From an uncultured bacterium (lineage in GTDB: Bacteria; Fidelibacterota; Marinisomatia; Marinisomatales; UBA2128), in NCBI GenBank assembly GCA_964534955.1, contig CAZHRR010000004.1, positions 1-42,159 on the forward strand: a stretch of DNA of 42,159 bases, read 5' to 3'. Position numbers and translations under genes: made by a program. Below are positions 40,309 through 42,159 of this stretch, in pieces. Position 1 is the stretch's first letter. Each line of letters opens with the position of its first letter. The notes below the pieces were generated by a model, which searched no databases, had not been told where the DNA came from, and worked only from the letters and a program-made list of their open reading frames with translations.

Positions 40309-40469
40309 AATTCCACTTTCGGCAGGCAGGGAGACCGGTGCTCTACTCCCGATTATAGTCGGGAAGCTACTCACCTATTTCCTCAATAAGCAGGCGGAGA
40401 AACCATTGTTTTACTCTCGACCTCCGTCGAGAAACTGCGTTCCTATCCAATATCTTTTCCACAACAGAC

Positions 40470-40634
40470 CTACTTGGTCTCCTTGTGAACAGTATGGCAC
40501 CGGCACCAAGGGCAGTATTTCTTGTGTTCAACTCGATCAGGATGCTCCCGCCTGTTCTTGGAAGTAGCATAATTCCGTCGGTGACATTCAGGACACTCAA
40601 GTATCACCAGATCTCGTTTACTGTTACCGCCCAC
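40470..40634 (-). CDS. rpmG: 50S ribosomal protein L33 (zinc-binding type, GTG start)
   Basis: Hand translation [54 protein letters not shown]. The GTG lies 10 nt after the tuf stop behind AAGGAG. The track instead lists a spurious 77 aa ORF in another frame. Confidence 0.88.
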   Translation of the reverse strand: MGGNSKRDLVILECPECHRRNYATSKNRREHPDRVEHKKYCPWCRCHTVHKETK

Positions 40635-40644
40635 GTTATTCTCC

Positions 40645-41835
40645 TTACTCCACGATACCTGTTACCACACCAGCACCGACCGTATGCCCTCCTTCACGAA
40701 TGGCGAACCGGAGATTCTCTTCCATAGCGATGTTTGTGATTAATTCCACATTCAGATTTACATTATCACCTGGCATCACCATCTCCGTACCCTCCGGAAG
40801 GGTCACAACACCTGTCACATCCGTCGTACGGAAGTAGAACTGAGGACGATAGCCGTTGAAAAACGGTGTGTGACGCCCACCCTCTTCCTTCTTCAGAATA
40901 TATACTTCCGCCTTGAACTTCGTGTGAGGTGTAATACTTCCCGGCTTTGCAACCACCATACCGCGCTTCAGCCACTCCTTGTCGATACCTCTAAGAAGTA
41001 AACCGGCATTGTCGCCAGCCTGACCTTCGTCCAGCTCCTTCCGGAACATCTCCACTCCGGTCACCACTGTCTTCTCATGTTCTCCCAGGCCAACTATATC
41101 TACCTCATCTCCGACCTTCACAATACCGCGCTCTACTCGTCCGGTACCTACCGTACCACGGCCTGTAATGGAGAATACATCCTCCACCGGCATCAAGAAC
41201 GGCTTGTCAATATCTCGCTCCGGCTCTGGTATGTAGTTGTCGATGGCATCTACCAGCTCTCTAATACTTTGGGTCTTGTCTTCGTCATCCGGATTGTTCA
41301 TAGCTTCCAGAGCACTCCCCTTGATAATAGGTATATCATCACCGGGGAATTCGTACTCACTCAAAAGCTCACGAAGCTCCAGCTCTACCAGCTCAATAAG
41401 CTCCGGATCGTCCACCTGGTCCGTCTTGTTCAGATAGACCACGATAGCCGGTACATTCACCTGACGAGCCAGAAGGACATGCTCACGGGTCTGGGGCATG
41501 GGGCCGTCTGCCGCACTCACCACCAGAATGGCGCCATCCATCTGTGCCGCTCCGGTGATCATATTCTTGATATAGTCGGCATGTCCGGGACAGTCAATGT
41601 GAGCGTAGTGACGGTTCTCCGTCTCATACTCCACATGTGCTGTCTGAATCGTAATACCGCGCTCACGCTCTTCAGGAGCGTTGTCAATACTGTCAAATGA
41701 TCTGATCTCACTCAATCCGCGCTTGGACAGCATCATCGTCATGGCGGCTGTCAACGTAGTCTTGCCATGGTCAACGTGTCCTATCGTCCCAACATTCAAG
41801 TGGGGTTTAGTGCGCTCAAACTTTGCCTTTGCCAT
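40645..41835 (-). CDS. tuf: elongation factor Tu, copy 2 (tRNA-linked copy)
   Basis: Protein identical to copy 1. The DNA differs at only two synonymous sites (40657, 40672). Confidence 0.98.
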   Translation of the reverse strand: MAKAKFERTKPHLNVGTIGHVDHGKTTLTAAMTMMLSKRGLSEIRSFDSIDNAPEERERGITIQTAHVEYETENRHYAHIDCPGHADYIKNMITGAAQMDGAILVVSAADGPMPQTREHVLLARQVNVPAIVVYLNKTDQVDDPELIELVELELRELLSEYEFPGDDIPIIKGSALEAMNNPDDEDKTQSIRELVDAIDNYIPEPERDIDKPFLMPVEDVFSITGRGTVGTGRVERGIVKVGDEVDIVGLGEHEKTVVTGVEMFRKELDEGQAGDNAGLLLRGIDKEWLKRGMVVAKPGSITPHTKFKAEVYILKKEEGGRHTPFFNGYRPQFYFRTTDVTGVVTLPEGTEMVMPGDNVNLNVELITNIAMEENLRFAIREGGHTVGAGVVTGIVE

Positions 41836-41864
41836 TGCTATTCCTCCTTAGTTGAGAGAAAATG

Positions 41865-41937
<73 letters not shown>

Positions 41938-41957
41938 ACAAGTTCCTTCATGCCTAG

Positions 41958-42003
41958 AGCGGCGGACGAGGCTTCCCGACTGATTCGGGACGACCCTCAG
42001 CTT
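41958..42003 (-). pseudogene. tRNA-Gly 3'-half remnant with a 17 nt hairpin replacing part of the T arm
   Basis: Minus strand AAGCTGAGGGTCG[TCCCGAATCAGTCGGGA]AGCCTCGTCCGCCGCT versus intact AAGCTGAGGGTCGCGAGTTCGAGCCTCGTCCGCCGCT at 42090-42126. Confidence 0.65.
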
Positions 42004-42077
42004 GCCTGCCCGAACTGTTGTCCAGTCAGGCGGGCCTGCCCACCCTCCTTCGTCGGGAGCAGGTGAGCCTACCCGCC
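42004..42077 (+). repeat. abutting type A and type B GCCTGCCC elements
   Basis: GCCTGCCCGAACTGTTGTCCAGTCAGGCGGGC (42004-42035) then GCCTGCCCACCCTCCTTCGTCGGGAGCAGG (42034-42063) plus TGAGCCTACCCGCC. Confidence 0.65.
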
Positions 42078-42089
42078 ATGTTCCATATG

Positions 42090-42159
42090 AGCGGCGGACG
42101 AGGCTCGAACTCGCGACCCTCAGCTTGGAAGGCTGATGCTCTACCAACTGAGCTACCAC
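42090..42159 (-). tRNA. trnG: tRNA-Gly (anticodon UCC), 5' end truncated by ~3 nt at the window edge
   Basis: ..GTGG TA GCTC AGTTGGTA GAGC A TCAGC CTTCCAA GCTGA GGGTC GCGAG TTCGAGC CTCGT CCGCCGC T, with discriminator U73 typical of bacterial tRNA-Gly. Confidence 0.85.

Larger units (their letters stand above)
40103..40376 (-). pseudogene. split, loop-expanded tRNA-Trp-like gene (outer copy) with the intact tRNA-Trp inside its anticodon loop
   Basis: 5' half at 40330-40376 and 3' half at 40103-40160. Acceptor AGGTGAG/CTCACCT pairs perfectly, and the anticodon and T stems are identical to the inner gene. 18 nt hairpins sit in the D loop (40347-40364) and T loop (40122-40139). A 169 nt insert follows CTCC. 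Confidence 0.7.

Noticed and set aside
40367-40600. 77 aa minus-strand ORF between tuf copy 2 and tRNA-Trp
   Set aside because: It is in the wrong frame. The real gene here is rpmG (40470-40634), which has a Shine-Dalgarno site and a clear L33 sequence.

Overview
Most of this window (about 10.4-42.2 kb) is one uninterrupted minus-strand block of translation and transcription genes. In transcription order it reads: tRNA-Gly(UCC, cut by the window edge), tRNA-Thr(GGU), tuf, rpmG, tRNA-Trp, secE, nusG, rplKAJL, rpoBC, rpsLG, fusA, a second tuf, the S10, spc and alpha operons, and finally rplQ with a clear intrinsic terminator. Strong AAGGAG-type Shine-Dalgarno sites and several TTG/GTG starts are visible. 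There are no rRNA genes and no CRISPR array. The ORF track misses two small ribosomal genes, rpmJ and rpmG, which I found by hand.

The first ~10.4 kb is accessory or metabolic. It holds a partial nucleotidyltransferase, a PHP-domain metallohydrolase, a Phd/VapC toxin-antitoxin pair, and hutU and hutI separated by an IS200/IS605-type HUH (RAYT-like) transposase surrounded by small palindromic repeats. It also holds two small lipoprotein-like ORFs, a type II haloacid dehalogenase-like HAD hydrolase and a GHL10-family glycoside-hydrolase-like protein.

I found no recognisable multi-gene defence or other new protein system. The unusual content is at the DNA/RNA level:
- A family of ~30-36 nt palindromic elements (GCCTGCCC...GGCAGGC) sits in intergenic spacers and twice in frame inside the transposase gene.
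- The same family interrupts tRNA-derived sequences. An intact tRNA-Trp lies nested inside the anticodon loop of a second tRNA-Trp-like gene, whose acceptor stem carries compensatory changes and whose D and T loops each carry a hairpin insertion. A parallel remnant sits next to tRNA-Gly.
- Ribosomal protein L5 has a ~125 aa lysine-rich N-terminal extension.
- The two tuf copies match at 1218 of 1220 nt.

All coordinates and alignments were worked out by eye from the sequence. No searches were run.
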